A stretch of 64,000 nucleotides of DNA from Candidatus Bathyarchaeia archaeon (GTDB lineage: Archaea; Thermoproteota; CALKCG01; B24): NCBI GenBank assembly GCA_038870975.1, contig JAVZJD010000002.1, positions 160,001 to 224,000 on the forward strand. Reading direction: 5' to 3'. The notes under the pieces were generated by a model. It worked only from the letters and a program-made list of their open reading frames with translations. It was not told where the DNA came from and searched no databases. Shown in pieces: positions 62,727 to 64,000 of this stretch. Positions within the stretch are counted from its first letter, which is position 1, and every line of letters begins with the position of its first letter. The position numbers and the translations under genes were made by a program.

Positions 62727-63275
62727 TCACCAATGATTGTAGCGGACTATTTCATCCAATGGTTTTCGATCGGTTACAGGTTCTTTCCTCTCAGCTGGAT
62801 AGCCTAAAGTTATCATCGCAACAACTCTTGCCTCTTCTGGAAGACCTAAAACCTTCTTCACTTCCCCCTCCTCGTGAAAAACACCGACCCAGCATGTTCC
62901 AAGACCCTGCTCCCATGCGGCTAGAACGAGGTTTTGCAAAGCTATGGCTACATCAATCTTCCAGAAGTCTGTTCCAGGGAAGCTTTCACCCGGTAAAGCG
63001 CAACCAACTACTATGACTGGTGCTGAACGTATGGGGTCTCTAGGCGGACCTCTTAGAGGTTCTCTAGGAGGAGGTCTCAGCTTCTCCTTAGTAAGTCTTA
63101 ACTCCTCCTTAACTTTTGGGTCTGTTACAACGATGAAACGCCATGGCTGTCTATTTCCAGCGGAGGGCGCCAATCTAGCGGCTTCTAAAACCTTTCGAAG
63201 CTTCTCCTCTTCGACTGGTTTATCCTCGTAAACCCGTATGCTCCTTCTAGTTCTTATGGCTTCAAAAACCTCCAT
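62727..63275 (-). CDS. Nitroreductase family protein
   Basis: RRSIR, APSAGNRQPW, GLGTCW. Confidence 0.9.
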   Translation of the reverse strand: MEVFEAIRTRRSIRVYEDKPVEEEKLRKVLEAARLAPSAGNRQPWRFIVVTDPKVKEELRLTKEKLRPPPREPLRGPPRDPIRSAPVIVVGCALPGESFPGTDFWKIDVAIALQNLVLAAWEQGLGTCWVGVFHEEGEVKKVLGLPEEARVVAMITLGYPAERKEPVTDRKPLDEIVRYNHW

Positions 63276-63333
63276 ATAGACCGATAAAGAAACCTCATAG
63301 AGCCTCTTAAGACTTTTTTCGATTGCTATTTTA

Positions 63334-63394
63334 GGGGTCTGCTACTGCAGCCGTCGTCATTCATCTGAACGACTGGGATGGCTTCTTCATCCCC
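63334..63394 (-). ncRNA. Candidate box C/D guide sRNA
   Basis: GGGG-ATGAAGA(C)-guide-CAGA(D')-ATGACGA(C')-12-nt guide-CAGA(D)-CCCC in an intergenic gap. Confidence 0.6.
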
Positions 63395-63450
63395 CCGATT
63401 ACCTCCAGCATAAAACGAAATATTAACCTTTCGTCGCATAGAAGCACATA

Positions 63451-63999
63451 CTAAGCTTCTTCAGAGCTTAAATGCAAAGCTTCGGCATTCAAATTTACCG
63501 AAGTCATCTTTTGAGTTAGAACTTCCCACGGTTCATCCCGAATCGTTACAAGTCCGTAGTTGCTATTCTCCCCGTCGAATCTACCTTCATAGGGCTGATC
63601 AAAGTACTGGAACCAGTGGTAGCCTACTATAAACGGTTGCTTCATAATCGCTTCAACGAATTCTTCAAAGTACTTAGCTCTTTCGAATTGGGTTTTAACT
63701 GGTACACTGGCTCCTCTCGTGTTCGGTAGCCCCGAATCCATAGCCTTAAAGGAGAACTCTGTTACCATTATCGGTAGTCCAGTTATGCTATGGATCTTCT
63801 TGAAGTCCGCCAACCTCCTTGCGAGTTCATCACTGTATGGATTGGGGTAGCAATTGATCGATATGACGTCTACATATCCTATGCAGCCTTCAAGCACTTC
63901 ATCTGGAGGCTTATAGGCGAAACGACACCCTAAAACCAAATGGTTTGGATCGTACTTTTTAATAGCATCGTAGGTTACCTTAAAGTATCGTTTAGCGAC
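63451..63999 (-). CDS. Beta-agarase-like glycoside hydrolase (GH50-like), 5'-partial
   Basis: DPNHLVLGCRF, TEFSF, VGYHWFQYFDQP, DGENSNYG; frame runs off the right edge. Confidence 0.75.
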   Translation of the reverse strand, partial: VAKRYFKVTYDAIKKYDPNHLVLGCRFAYKPPDEVLEGCIGYVDVISINCYPNPYSDELARRLADFKKIHSITGLPIMVTEFSFKAMDSGLPNTRGASVPVKTQFERAKYFEEFVEAIMKQPFIVGYHWFQYFDQPYEGRFDGENSNYGLVTIRDEPWEVLTQKMTSVNLNAEALHLSSEEA

Positions 64000-64000
64000 C

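Overview
Archaeal chromosome segment, most consistent with a thermophilic Bathyarchaeia/Thermoproteota-type genome. This is inferred from TIP49, FAU-1, UPF0147/UPF0148, PAC2, PaREP1 and a BHB tRNA intron; I ran no database search. The backbone carries many carbohydrate-catabolism genes (GH2, GH4, GH50-like, three Gfo/Idh/MocA oxidoreductases, three TIM-barrel isomerases), transporters, a serpin, a KaiC-like ATPase and six tRNAs. One tRNA has a non-canonical D-loop intron and another has an atypical Thr acceptor stem. Highlights: (1) a ~13.5 kb decayed integrated element (~37.7-51.1 kb) at the 3' end of tRNA-Arg(CCG). Its integrase and surface-glycosylation cargo are reduced to fragments, while HEPN-MNT toxin-antitoxin pairs, PaREP1 genes and small retropepsin-like aspartic proteases alternate along it and are mostly intact, suggesting a protease-linked TA or defence system. 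(2) A HerA-type ATPase fused to a coiled coil and ~13 tandem zinc-finger repeats. (3) An unannotated box C/D guide sRNA. No CRISPR array or rRNA gene was seen.
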